Shown here piece after piece: positions 55,889 through 64,000 of a stretch of 64,000 bases of DNA. Origin of the DNA: Vulcanimicrobiota bacterium (lineage in GTDB: Bacteria; Vulcanimicrobiota; Vulcanimicrobiia; Vulcanimicrobiales; Vulcanimicrobiaceae). Made by a program: the position numbers and the translations under genes. Below the pieces are notes generated by a model. The model searched no databases, had not been told where the DNA came from, and was given only the letters and a program-made list of their open reading frames with translations. Positions within the stretch are counted from its first letter, which is position 1, and each line of letters opens with the position of its first letter. Location of the stretch: positions 1,792,001 to 1,856,000 of the forward strand of contig CAVTCS010000003.1 of the NCBI GenBank assembly GCA_963733295.1, written 5' to 3'.

Positions 55889-57742
55889 CTAGACTGCCTG
55901 AATCGCGCGCATCACGTCGACCAGTCCCGAACCTTGAAACGCGCGGTCGCGCTTGAGATCCGTGGCGTTGTCGACGAACAGCGCTTTGACGGTCTCCGGC
56001 TGCCCGATGTACTCTCTGCGAATCGAAAGAAAGCTTGCGATGAGGCCCGAGACGTGCGGCGCGGCCATGCTCGTTCCCGAGTCTTCGCGGTAGGTGTAAC
56101 CGTCGGCCGGAACCGTCTTCGTCGTTCCGTCCGGATTCGAGATCGTCACGGGGAGGCGACTCTGCGCCGATGCGCACGAGATGATGCGCTCGCCCGGCGC
56201 GACAAGGTCGGGCTTCATGCGGCCGTCACCGGTCGGACCCTTCGACGAGAAGTACGAAATGCCGTACAGATGCGGCTCTTCGCGATGGGTCGAGCCGACC
56301 GTGATCGCCAGGTCCGCGTTCCCCGGATCGTTGATCGTTTGGGCGAGCGTTGCGGCCCAGCCGCCCAGATACGCACTGCTCAACGTGCCGTAGCCGGAAT
56401 TGCCGGCGGCCGTTACGACGACGACCCCGGAGCGGACGAGCCGGTTCACCTCGACGCACAGCGGACTCTGGCCGCAGGCAAACCACTTCGCGTCGAACGG
56501 ATACCCGACACTCAGGTTCACGCCCGCGATCACGATGCGGCGTCCGTACGAGTTCAGCTGTTGAATCGCTTCAAACGCGTCGATGATGGTCGAGACCTGG
56601 CCTCCACCTTGGTTGTCGAGAACCCGCATGCTCACGAGTTTGCATTTCGGGGCCATGCCGGTGATCACGGGCGGAAATTCGAGGGCGCGCTCGTCGGCGC
56701 CGGAGCCGTTGCGCGACATGCGCAGGATCGTCGCTCGCGGGGCGGGATCGGCCGCGGGCGGAGCGGTCCAGCTTCCCGCAATGATGCCGGCGACGTGCGT
56801 TCCATGTCCGAACGCATCGACGACGGCGCCCGGATCGTCCTTGGTCACGTCGGTCGACGGCGGCAGCGTTCCGCTGAAGTCGCGATGGCGTAGCGGACGC
56901 ACCGGATCGAGGACGAGGTTCCCATTTTCCTTGAAGTGCGGATGCGTGACATCGATGCCTGAATCGAGGACGGCCCAGACGATTCCGACCCCAGAGGCGC
57001 TGTAGGCGACGTGCGCCGCATCGGCTTTCACCGTTGCGATCGACTTCGTGATGAGACCCTGCACGCGACTGTCTTCCCAAATTTGGTGAATCGCGACCGG
57101 GCCGGTCCCCGGATTGCGATCCAGATCGACGAGCCCACGGATCTGTGCGCCGGTCATCGTCGCGAAGACGTACGGATGCGATGCGTCGTCGTTGGCCCGG
57201 TACCGGATCGGACTGCCCGACCGCGTGGCTAACACCTCGATGCAACGGACGACGCTTTGGCGTGCGGCCTGCGTCCCCGCCGAGTGCGCCGCGTTCAAGA
57301 CGATGATGCAGTCAAACGTGTCGTCGGGCGAGTTTCGGATCTTCGAGGCCAGCGGCTCGGAGATGATTCGCTGAACGAGCTCCTCGGGATTGAAGACGCC
57401 GGTCTCGTCCAAGATCGATTGGTCGCGACGGAACTCGACGGGCAGCCCCGCTTCGAGCTGCCCGTCGAGCGCGAGGACATGCGCGCCGGTCAGCGTTGCG
57501 TACAGATACGGAGAATCCGACTGTGCGCCGCTCCAGGTGATGCCCTCTGCCTGCGCGAGCTGGAGGGTCTGCATCGCCGATGCGACCTTCTGCAGCGTCG
57601 CACCGATATTGCCGTATCCGCTCGCCGGATCGACGTTTGCCGCCGGAACGACCCGCACCACGACCTTGAAGCACGCGGCCGGCGTCTGATGCGCGAGATC
57701 GCGAAGCGGCTGAGTGATCCGGCTTCCGTTGACGTCGTTCAT
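55889..57742 (-). CDS. S8 subtilisin-like serine protease, no signal peptide
   Basis: AVLDSG, HGTHVAGII, AAGNSG and SGTSMAAPHV catalytic motifs; long N-terminal prodomain. Confidence 0.92.
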   Translation of the reverse strand: MNDVNGSRITQPLRDLAHQTPAACFKVVVRVVPAANVDPASGYGNIGATLQKVASAMQTLQLAQAEGITWSGAQSDSPYLYATLTGAHVLALDGQLEAGLPVEFRRDQSILDETGVFNPEELVQRIISEPLASKIRNSPDDTFDCIIVLNAAHSAGTQAARQSVVRCIEVLATRSGSPIRYRANDDASHPYVFATMTGAQIRGLVDLDRNPGTGPVAIHQIWEDSRVQGLITKSIATVKADAAHVAYSASGVGIVWAVLDSGIDVTHPHFKENGNLVLDPVRPLRHRDFSGTLPPSTDVTKDDPGAVVDAFGHGTHVAGIIAGSWTAPPAADPAPRATILRMSRNGSGADERALEFPPVITGMAPKCKLVSMRVLDNQGGGQVSTIIDAFEAIQQLNSYGRRIVIAGVNLSVGYPFDAKWFACGQSPLCVEVNRLVRSGVVVVTAAGNSGYGTLSSAYLGGWAATLAQTINDPGNADLAITVGSTHREEPHLYGISYFSSKGPTGDGRMKPDLVAPGERIISCASAQSRLPVTISNPDGTTKTVPADGYTYREDSGTSMAAPHVSGLIASFLSIRREYIGQPETVKALFVDNATDLKRDRAFQGSGLVDVMRAIQAV

Positions 57743-57838
57743 GAGCAGCTGCGGCGACCCCCCGAACTCAAACGCGTAACCAGAAGCCGGTACATACCGC
57801 TCGTTTCCCCAAGGATGTACACCGGAGCCTCTCCGTGT

Positions 57839-58399
57839 CTAGAATTTGAAGTTCGTCCAATCGGCCGTGTCGCCCATCGATGCGGCCGTGAAGTCGATCC
57901 ACGATTGGAAGACGGCGGCGCCGTAATCCTGTCCTGTCGTCCAAGCGTCGGGGCTCAAGCCTTGTTTGAGCTCTTGCTGCACGTTGCCCGCGCCGACGTT
58001 GTACGCGGCAAACACCGCGAGATGATTGTCGGGGAACATGGTGAGCAGCGGCTCGACGAATTCGTGCGCGCAGACGCGGAGATTGGTTTGCGGATCCAAG
58101 AGCGGTCCGTAACCCGGATACGTCGGTGCGGACGAAACGCTCCAGTCGACGCCACTTGTGATCTGCGTCAAGCCGACACCGCAACCGGGCCCTGGCGGCA
58201 TGCCGATCTGAAGGATGTTCTGGCCGCCGGTTTCGCGAGCGACGATCGCCGCAAGCATGCAAGGTTGGACTAGGTCGGTTGCTTTCGCTGCAGCCAAATA
58301 TTGCGCGGCGTACGCTTGCAGCGCGGGGCGCCACGGAACGTTGAAAGCCGGGCGAAGCTGCGCGCCTTTCGTGGCGATTTGAGAAACGGTCAATACCAT
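57839..58399 (-). CDS. GH23 goose-type lysozyme / lytic transglycosylase, copy 2
   Basis: AAIVARETGG, GLTQI, AAYNVG, TTGQDY; about 36 differences in 186 aa versus 40011-40574 by manual count. Confidence 0.85.
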   Translation of the reverse strand: MVLTVSQIATKGAQLRPAFNVPWRPALQAYAAQYLAAAKATDLVQPCMLAAIVARETGGQNILQIGMPPGPGCGVGLTQITSGVDWSVSSAPTYPGYGPLLDPQTNLRVCAHEFVEPLLTMFPDNHLAVFAAYNVGAGNVQQELKQGLSPDAWTTGQDYGAAVFQSWIDFTAASMGDTADWTNFKF

Positions 58400-58476
58400 G
58401 GCGGTTTACCTCCTGCCGCCGATGCTAGTCCGCCCGCGTCCCAAAATCGTCCTCGCTCTGAAAACTTAACCCAGCC

Positions 58477-59889
58477 CTACGCTATTGCGGCCATACCCAA
58501 AGCAGCCTTGATCGCGATAATGGCAATCGGGACACCGACGTCCTTTGCTACGCCGAGGAGCCACGTGCCGCTCCGCTTGAGCGCCTCGAGAATCTTCGAC
58601 CGATTGTTCGAATCCGAGGCCGCCTTGGCGGCTGCAAGATCCTCGGTCGCTTCTTTCTTTTCGGGACCGTCGGGCAAAGTCGCAAGATGGCTCTGCAACT
58701 TTTCGAGTTCGCCGCTGAGCTCCGTCAGGTTGATGTTGTCGATCGTCGTGACATTGGTCTTCGAGATTGTCCCCTGATTGTCGACGTTCACCTGAACGTC
58801 GGAGGAATTTTGCAGGTTAAAGTTGTTCACGATGTCGCCTTTTCGGGAGTACAGGGCATCCGCTCTGCTTCGCAATGAGGGATCGGCCTTTTCCAGGCTT
58901 TCTAAGATTGAGTCGCGCCGACCTGGATCGATCGCGTCGCTGACCGCGAGTGAAAGATCGGCGAGCTCGCGGTCTTTTCCGGCCAACTTCCGGGTCGTAG
59001 ACTCGCTCTTCCCTATACGAACGAACGACTCAAGTAAGCAGTCCGTGAAGACCTTGGAATCACCGGAGATTCTAGCCGACGTCAGATTGTCGAGCAGTAA
59101 GCCCAGACACTCGTATTCTTCGTGGAGCCTCACGAGACTCAAGCGAAGGTGACGTGCGACGGTTCGATCGAAGCCGGGCTTTAACGTCGCAACCCACATC
59201 GGGAAGCGTGCCTTCTTCAGCGATACTTCCCGGTATTGAATCGCGAGCCCGAACTCCGCGCGCAGAGGCGGACCCGGGCGCCCGCGATAGGGGAACTCGA
59301 TCGCCTCGCCTTCGAGCCGCTCGAGATAAAGCACGGGGCGCCCGGCCTCGACCCACCAAGAAGGCGACGGGCGCGACGCAACGGCGCTTTTCTTCGTCGT
59401 TGCGCGATAGTAGAGACAACGCAGCGGATCGACGGCAGAGGCTACGTCGCAAAGAGTTCTTTTTCCGAACGCGTCGCTTATCGATAGGGGTGTGGCGAGA
59501 AAATCTTCGATGAACTTCGTGGTCGCTTCGGCGTCGAGGCTAATTGGCTCTTGCGCCGGTCCCGCGTTGGTCAGCGCAAGGCCGACTTCGAATCGCGCTG
59601 CCAAGCGTCCATCGAAATATAACCGACGAAACGCGAAATGCCGGCGCAAGGTGCTGCCGTTCTTGAACGGGCCGAGGCCGACGAAACGGATCCCTCGGTC
59701 CGCGACGCAGAAAGAGTCTTCACCCCAACCGTTGAGGCCGCCGCGCGGGCGATGCATGATCGCCCCGAGGAAGCGAACGTATTGCTTTCCCTCGAGCGGG
59801 AAAGGCCACCCTGGCCGATCGAGACGACCGGTCGGTTCATCACCCAGGTGACGAAGGTCCGCGATCGGATAGTGAATCGTGATGAGCAT
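58477..59889 (-). CDS. Hypothetical protein with a C-terminal helical/amphipathic module
   Basis: 470-aa ORF with protein-like composition; Asn-rich linker, then ELSGELEKLQ...LKRSGTWLLGVAKDVGVPIAIIAIKAALG. Confidence 0.7.
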   Translation of the reverse strand: MLITIHYPIADLRHLGDEPTGRLDRPGWPFPLEGKQYVRFLGAIMHRPRGGLNGWGEDSFCVADRGIRFVGLGPFKNGSTLRRHFAFRRLYFDGRLAARFEVGLALTNAGPAQEPISLDAEATTKFIEDFLATPLSISDAFGKRTLCDVASAVDPLRCLYYRATTKKSAVASRPSPSWWVEAGRPVLYLERLEGEAIEFPYRGRPGPPLRAEFGLAIQYREVSLKKARFPMWVATLKPGFDRTVARHLRLSLVRLHEEYECLGLLLDNLTSARISGDSKVFTDCLLESFVRIGKSESTTRKLAGKDRELADLSLAVSDAIDPGRRDSILESLEKADPSLRSRADALYSRKGDIVNNFNLQNSSDVQVNVDNQGTISKTNVTTIDNINLTELSGELEKLQSHLATLPDGPEKKEATEDLAAAKAASDSNNRSKILEALKRSGTWLLGVAKDVGVPIAIIAIKAALGMAAIA

Positions 59890-60196
59890 CCACCACCGTC
59901 ACCCTAGTGATGAGACAAATGCCCCACGCGACCGAGCGCCATGGAGCTACCCTTCTTTTGCATAAGCTGTGCGCCACCGATGCGTTAACACCAGCGGTGG
60001 ATCCCTATCGTAGCGGCTTATTGACGGGCAGTCAACTTGGTGGAGGGGCGACCGGCGAGCAAAGCCGGTGCACGAAACGCGCCGCAAATGGCTGAGAAAA
60101 CCGCCGATGTGGACGATTCGAGGACGGTCGCGCGCTATCATATGTTCGTGGGGCGCCCGGACCATGGGCGCGCCGCTCCACGTGAGGTGCTTATCC

Positions 60197-61504
60197 ATGA
60201 GCCGGATCCTAGCTCTGCTCAAGACGAACACGACGACCTTTCCGTCGGACCTTCTCGACGCGATCACGTCGGCCGGCGGATCGCCGGTGCAGATCTGGAG
60301 TAGCGACTCCGGATTCTACGGAGTTATCGCCGAAGGCGACGCGAGCGTGCAAACCGCGATGAGCGGTCATGCGGCGGTTGCTTGCGCAACGAGCGACTCC
60401 ATTCCGTCGCCGCAATCGCTCGACGTCGATCCCGGCGCGACCGAGTTAGCCGGCGCCTGGAATACGTATCTCAGCAGCGACTATCAGACGGCGGTCACCG
60501 GCTTCTACAACTCCTCGATGAACATCGACGCGATGCTTCCGCCGGGTGGCTGCAACCAAAACTCGGGCGACGACGGCGACGGGGGAAGCGGCCCGCTCGT
60601 TGCGAGCAACGGTCCGACCGGCGCGACGGACGGCGCGGTCGACACGTCGGCCGACGCGTCGGCCGACCCAGCTGGCGGTGCCGCGTCGCTCGGAACTCCG
60701 CTGCGCGGAGGCGCCGCCGGGCTCCCGACGGTCACCGTTGTCCATAAGGAACGCCGCGCGCTCGTCGGCACTGTCGGCGTGGCCATCGGTTTCGTCGGCG
60801 GTCCCACCGGCTCGACCGCGGAGCTGACACCCGACAACAACGGAACGCTCTCGCTCGCAATGATTCACGCGTTCAACGTTTACTACGATCTCGCGCCCGC
60901 GGGTGCGCACCTCGTCTTCGAAGTGAACGTGCGGCGCGCGAACTTGACGCTCGATCCGACCACCGTTCCCGTTCCCGCGAATGCGGCAGCTCCGGCCGCC
61001 GCCGATTGGGAAGCCGCCGAGGCTCCCTGGCGTGACGCCGCGCTCAAGGCGTGGGGACAGGCGGCCGGCATGGCCGGAGTCGACGCCTTCATCTCATCGG
61101 CTTCGTTCAGCACCACACCCGACTACGCGTACGCCGCCCTTCTGACGAACTATCCGGTGGCGTGGGAATCGTACACCTCAGGCGCGCGCAAAGTCGTCTA
61201 CCAGCTGACCGGCGTTCTCAACGACTGGAAGCTCGCCGGCGCGCACTTCGTCTTCGCGCACGAGACCGGCCACACGTCCGGCGCGCCCGACGAGTACGCG
61301 GCGAGCCACTGTTCGCTCACTGACAAGTCCGGCTTCTCGAATTCCGCTAACACGAATTGCGAGAACGGCAACGCAGCGAGCGTCGACTGCTTGATGCGCA
61401 ACAACACCAAGAAGCTCTGTCCCGCAACGCCCGGGCACTTCGGTTGGAACGACTCGAACGGCGACGGGGTTCTCGATCCGTTCGATTCGACGTACTCGAC
61501 CTAA
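60197..61504 (+). CDS. Metzincin-like zinc metallopeptidase, no clear signal peptide
   Basis: AHETGHTSGAPDEY zinc motif, CLMR Met-turn, C-terminal DSNGDGVLD Ca-binding-like loop; RBS GAGGTG before ATG 60197. Confidence 0.75.
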   Translation: MSRILALLKTNTTTFPSDLLDAITSAGGSPVQIWSSDSGFYGVIAEGDASVQTAMSGHAAVACATSDSIPSPQSLDVDPGATELAGAWNTYLSSDYQTAVTGFYNSSMNIDAMLPPGGCNQNSGDDGDGGSGPLVASNGPTGATDGAVDTSADASADPAGGAASLGTPLRGGAAGLPTVTVVHKERRALVGTVGVAIGFVGGPTGSTAELTPDNNGTLSLAMIHAFNVYYDLAPAGAHLVFEVNVRRANLTLDPTTVPVPANAAAPAAADWEAAEAPWRDAALKAWGQAAGMAGVDAFISSASFSTTPDYAYAALLTNYPVAWESYTSGARKVVYQLTGVLNDWKLAGAHFVFAHETGHTSGAPDEYAASHCSLTDKSGFSNSANTNCENGNAASVDCLMRNNTKKLCPATPGHFGWNDSNGDGVLDPFDSTYST

Positions 61505-61505
61505 G

Positions 61506-62099
61506 CTAAAAATTCGGGGACTGCGGACAAAGCGGCTTCGGAGTTGACGCGGGGTTGGCGCAAAGCCCAACCTCGAAATCCAGGGTAGCATTGGTTTGCC
61601 CCTTGGGCTGACCCTTGGTCATGATATTCACCCAGATTTTATGCTCGGGATTGGTCCAAGACACTACCAAATAGGGTTGGCTCGCTTGCGGTGCAAGGAC
61701 GCCCCAAAACGTATAAGTTTTCGGAATAGCGATCGCGAAATTCTTCTCAACGAAGGTTCGGAATTCGCTTTGTTTCGTAGGATAAGGGCCAATGTTCGCC
61801 CGGAAATACGCTGATTTCGTTTCGCCGACCGGCGCTAGCAGAATTCCCGATTCGGACACGCAAACGCAGTGCGCTGACCATGACGCCTTGGGGTAGAGGC
61901 TTAGACCAAACCCCGGCGCACGACGCGTTGTATCGATTATTTCACTGAAGCCGGAGGGTGCGTCAGCAATGGCCGTTGCCAACATCTCTTGCAGACAGTG
62001 GATATCTGCGGAATCCGCGCTCACAGGAAAAGTGCACGCGGAAACCAGGGAAGCAGCCAGCGAGACAGCGCGCAGGAGGAGCAGCACGCGTGTCGTCAT
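61506..62099 (-). CDS. Secreted or lipoprotein hypothetical protein
   Basis: Hydrophobic N-terminus with VSAC; several Cys; protein-like composition. Confidence 0.55.
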   Translation of the reverse strand: MTTRVLLLLRAVSLAASLVSACTFPVSADSADIHCLQEMLATAIADAPSGFSEIIDTTRRAPGFGLSLYPKASWSAHCVCVSESGILLAPVGETKSAYFRANIGPYPTKQSEFRTFVEKNFAIAIPKTYTFWGVLAPQASQPYLVVSWTNPEHKIWVNIMTKGQPKGQTNATLDFEVGLCANPASTPKPLCPQSPNF

Positions 62100-62125
62100 C
62101 GACTATTCCAACGCCAACATTGCAG

Positions 62126-62632
62126 TCAGGCGGAGAGCTTTGCCGGGCGTTTTGGGGCGCCGCCCAGTCCGGCGAAGAACCAGAGCGCGGTGAAGAGCAC
62201 GACCGACAGATGCGGTCCGCGATAGAAAAGATGCAGCGTGCCCAGGTGAGCGGGTTTGACGACGAGCGGCGCCCACTGGCCGCAGGCATGACCACCCGGA
62301 CCCATGATCCACGAAAACAGCGAACCGACGAACGCACCGCTTACGAGAAAGAGAATGAGGCGCAACGCCGAGGTGCGGGCGAGCGCTCGCGGCAGCGCGA
62401 CGGCCGCGACGGCAACCAAGACGACGCCGAATGCCGCGCCGTAAGCGGCGCCATCGATACCGGCTATCGCGGATTGAATCCCGAGCGGCGCGTCGAGCGG
62501 GCAGCAGCGCGTGCAGTCGCCGATCGTGGCGGAAATATAGAACGAAACGCCGGCGACGATGAATCCGGAAATCGCGCCCGTCGCAAATCCAAGCGGAATG
62601 GCCGGAACGACCTTCTTGTTGACCGCCCTCAT
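62126..62632 (-). CDS. Hypothetical multi-pass membrane protein
   Basis: ATG at 62632 overlaps the upstream stop (ATGA); about four hydrophobic segments. Confidence 0.55.
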   Translation of the reverse strand: MRAVNKKVVPAIPLGFATGAISGFIVAGVSFYISATIGDCTRCCPLDAPLGIQSAIAGIDGAAYGAAFGVVLVAVAAVALPRALARTSALRLILFLVSGAFVGSLFSWIMGPGGHACGQWAPLVVKPAHLGTLHLFYRGPHLSVVLFTALWFFAGLGGAPKRPAKLSA

Positions 62633-62952
62633 GGGTTGACGGTTCGGAACTCTCCCGAGAGCTCCGCCTTCTTTGTCTTCTTGTCGTACACGCAGACGAT
62701 CGTCGCGAGCCCAGGCGCCAGCGTCGCGCCCTTGGGCGCGGGAAGGTGCGCGTAGACGAGCGCAAAGCCGTAGCTCGCCGACCCGAATGCATCGACCACA
62801 ACCACAGCATCGGCGTAGTTCTTCTTCGCTTGAGCCGTACACGCACGTGTGACGTCGGCGCGGAACGCGGCCCAGGCATCGTCCGACGAGGCGCGAGCCG
62901 GCAGTGCGCCAGCGAGGGCGAGCAGCGAGAGCAACGACGAGAGCGTCCGCAT
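62629..62952 (-). CDS. Small secreted hypothetical protein
   Basis: Signal peptide ending ARA|SSDDAW; ASSDDAWAAFRADVTRAC...CVYDKKTKKAEL. Confidence 0.75.
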   Translation of the reverse strand: MRTLSSLLSLLALAGALPARASSDDAWAAFRADVTRACTAQAKKNYADAVVVVDAFGSASYGFALVYAHLPAPKGATLAPGLATIVCVYDKKTKKAELSGEFRTVNP

Positions 62953-63078
62953 TAAAAGAACCTCGACGGCCGGTTCTGAGCGATTCGCCCAACGAGTTTC
63001 GGCGCATTTTCGCAGGCCCGGGTAGGCCTGCCCTTGGCGGAGAAGAACTTGGCGCTGTCTCGGAAAGAGGGGCTCCCC

Positions 63079-63216
63079 ATGCGAAGGCTTTCGTGGCTCG
63101 CGAATTTAGCTTTCGCGATCTTTGCAATTTGCGTTGCAAGCTGTAGCTCCAATTCGAGTCCGACGTCTACTCCGGGGAGCTTCTCGAAAGTGCCCCGCCC
63201 GCGTAGTTCACCATAA
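63079..63216 (+). CDS. Possible very short lipoprotein or gene remnant
   Basis: Purine-rich RBS AAGAGGGG; MRRLSWLANLAFAIFAICVASC lipobox, then only ~24 Ser/Pro-rich residues. Confidence 0.3.
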   Translation: MRRLSWLANLAFAIFAICVASCSSNSSPTSTPGSFSKVPRPRSSP

Positions 63217-63368
63217 TCAGCGGGTCCAGATTCGATTACCGTTGGCGCAACGGGTCTTGTTCTGCTATGCTGCCGAACATGACGGGAACGCCTATCCTAT
63301 CGGCGGCCTTTTCGTTTGCGCTGCCCCCGCTTCACGTGGGCGCGATAAACCATTTGCACAAAAGGGAG

Positions 63369-63866
63369 ATGTCCTTGAGGAAGAGTTTGATTCTAGCCGC
63401 CTTGGCCGTTGCTCTAGCTACGCCGGTTGGCGCCCAGCCGACAACGGGGATGGGAGCGATGCAGTACTACGTCGGGACCTGGGCCTGTCTTGCCGGTCCG
63501 ATCGGAACTCCGCCCGTCAAAGCGTCGGCAACCTTTGCCGCTGACTCAGGCGTGTTGCGGCAATGGGTTTTCGTGCCGATACAGGGCAAGATGAAGAGGC
63601 CGTATGCCATCGCCTTCGCCATCACATACGACGCGAGTAAGCGTCGCTACGTGCAGACATTCCTCGACAGCAGCTCCGAGTGGGGCGTCTCGGTGGCCAA
63701 ACAATGGAGCGGTAACACGGAGCAGTGGACGGACCTCGCGACCAGCGACGGTAAGCTGGGTCACACGCAAATCGTTCGGTCCGGCAAAGACACCTACGTT
63801 GTCAACGGTTACGACGCGATGAGTACGAAGCCCAACTTCAAGGCGACCTGCAAGCGGTCGCCTTAG
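63369..63866 (+). CDS. Secreted hypothetical protein (small beta-rich domain)
   Basis: RBS AAGGGAG; signal peptide; YYVGTWAC...ITYDASKRRYVQ...ATCKR. The start could also be TTG at 63375. Confidence 0.75.
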   Translation: MSLRKSLILAALAVALATPVGAQPTTGMGAMQYYVGTWACLAGPIGTPPVKASATFAADSGVLRQWVFVPIQGKMKRPYAIAFAITYDASKRRYVQTFLDSSSEWGVSVAKQWSGNTEQWTDLATSDGKLGHTQIVRSGKDTYVVNGYDAMSTKPNFKATCKRSP

Positions 63867-64000
63867 ACGGCGCGCGAGTTCAGTATCCTCGGGGCCAGGG
63901 AGCGGCGATCGTGAAATAGCCTCCATACGTCGGAGCTGCACCCGAGAGATTGTTTCGGCGTTCGAGGATGACCCTGGAGTGCCGCGCGACCATTATGCCG

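Noticed and set aside
26560..57742. RiPP (cyanobactin-like) cluster suggested by prenyltransferase-like genes, S8 protease and TldD/E
   Set aside because: No precursor peptide, YcaO, radical SAM or lanthipeptide enzyme was seen. The genes are far apart in different operons, and tldD-pmbA looks like the ordinary chromosomal pair.

Overview
High-GC, gene-dense bacterial window. Its protein families suggest Vulcanimicrobiota (Ca. Eremiobacterota) or a similar soil lineage: tandem family-5 solute-binding proteins, 'copper amine oxidase N-terminal + Pro linker + beta-barrel' proteins and a secreted Gly-rich solenoid protein. This taxonomy is an inference. Bases 1-26.5 kb are mostly envelope, transport and redox genes, plus one orphan Toprim-AAA primase/helicase. 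The standout locus (26.5-43.9 kb) is a tightly coupled minus-strand operon of five large, signal-peptide-less, mutually paralogous uncharacterised proteins. They share an N-terminal domain and carry tandem ~95-aa beta-rich C-terminal repeats, and the operon ends in two prenyltransferase/terpene-cyclase-like genes. Divergent from it is an operon encoding a goose-type lysozyme/lytic transglycosylase, a membrane protein, an M15 peptidoglycan peptidase and an alpha/beta hydrolase; the last two carry Ser/Thr/Asp-rich disordered N-termini. A ~80%-identical second lysozyme copy heads another operon (S8 protease, alpha/beta hydrolase, membrane protein) at 53.5-58.4 kb. Next to it lie a lower-GC MalT-like LuxR regulator and a receiver-less OmpR-type winged-helix gene. 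I interpret this as a candidate undescribed multi-subunit protein complex or toxin system released with cell-wall hydrolases, possibly with lipidation; this is a hypothesis. Three genes show apparent single-base frameshifts. No rRNA, tRNA, CRISPR array, transposase or integrase was recognised.
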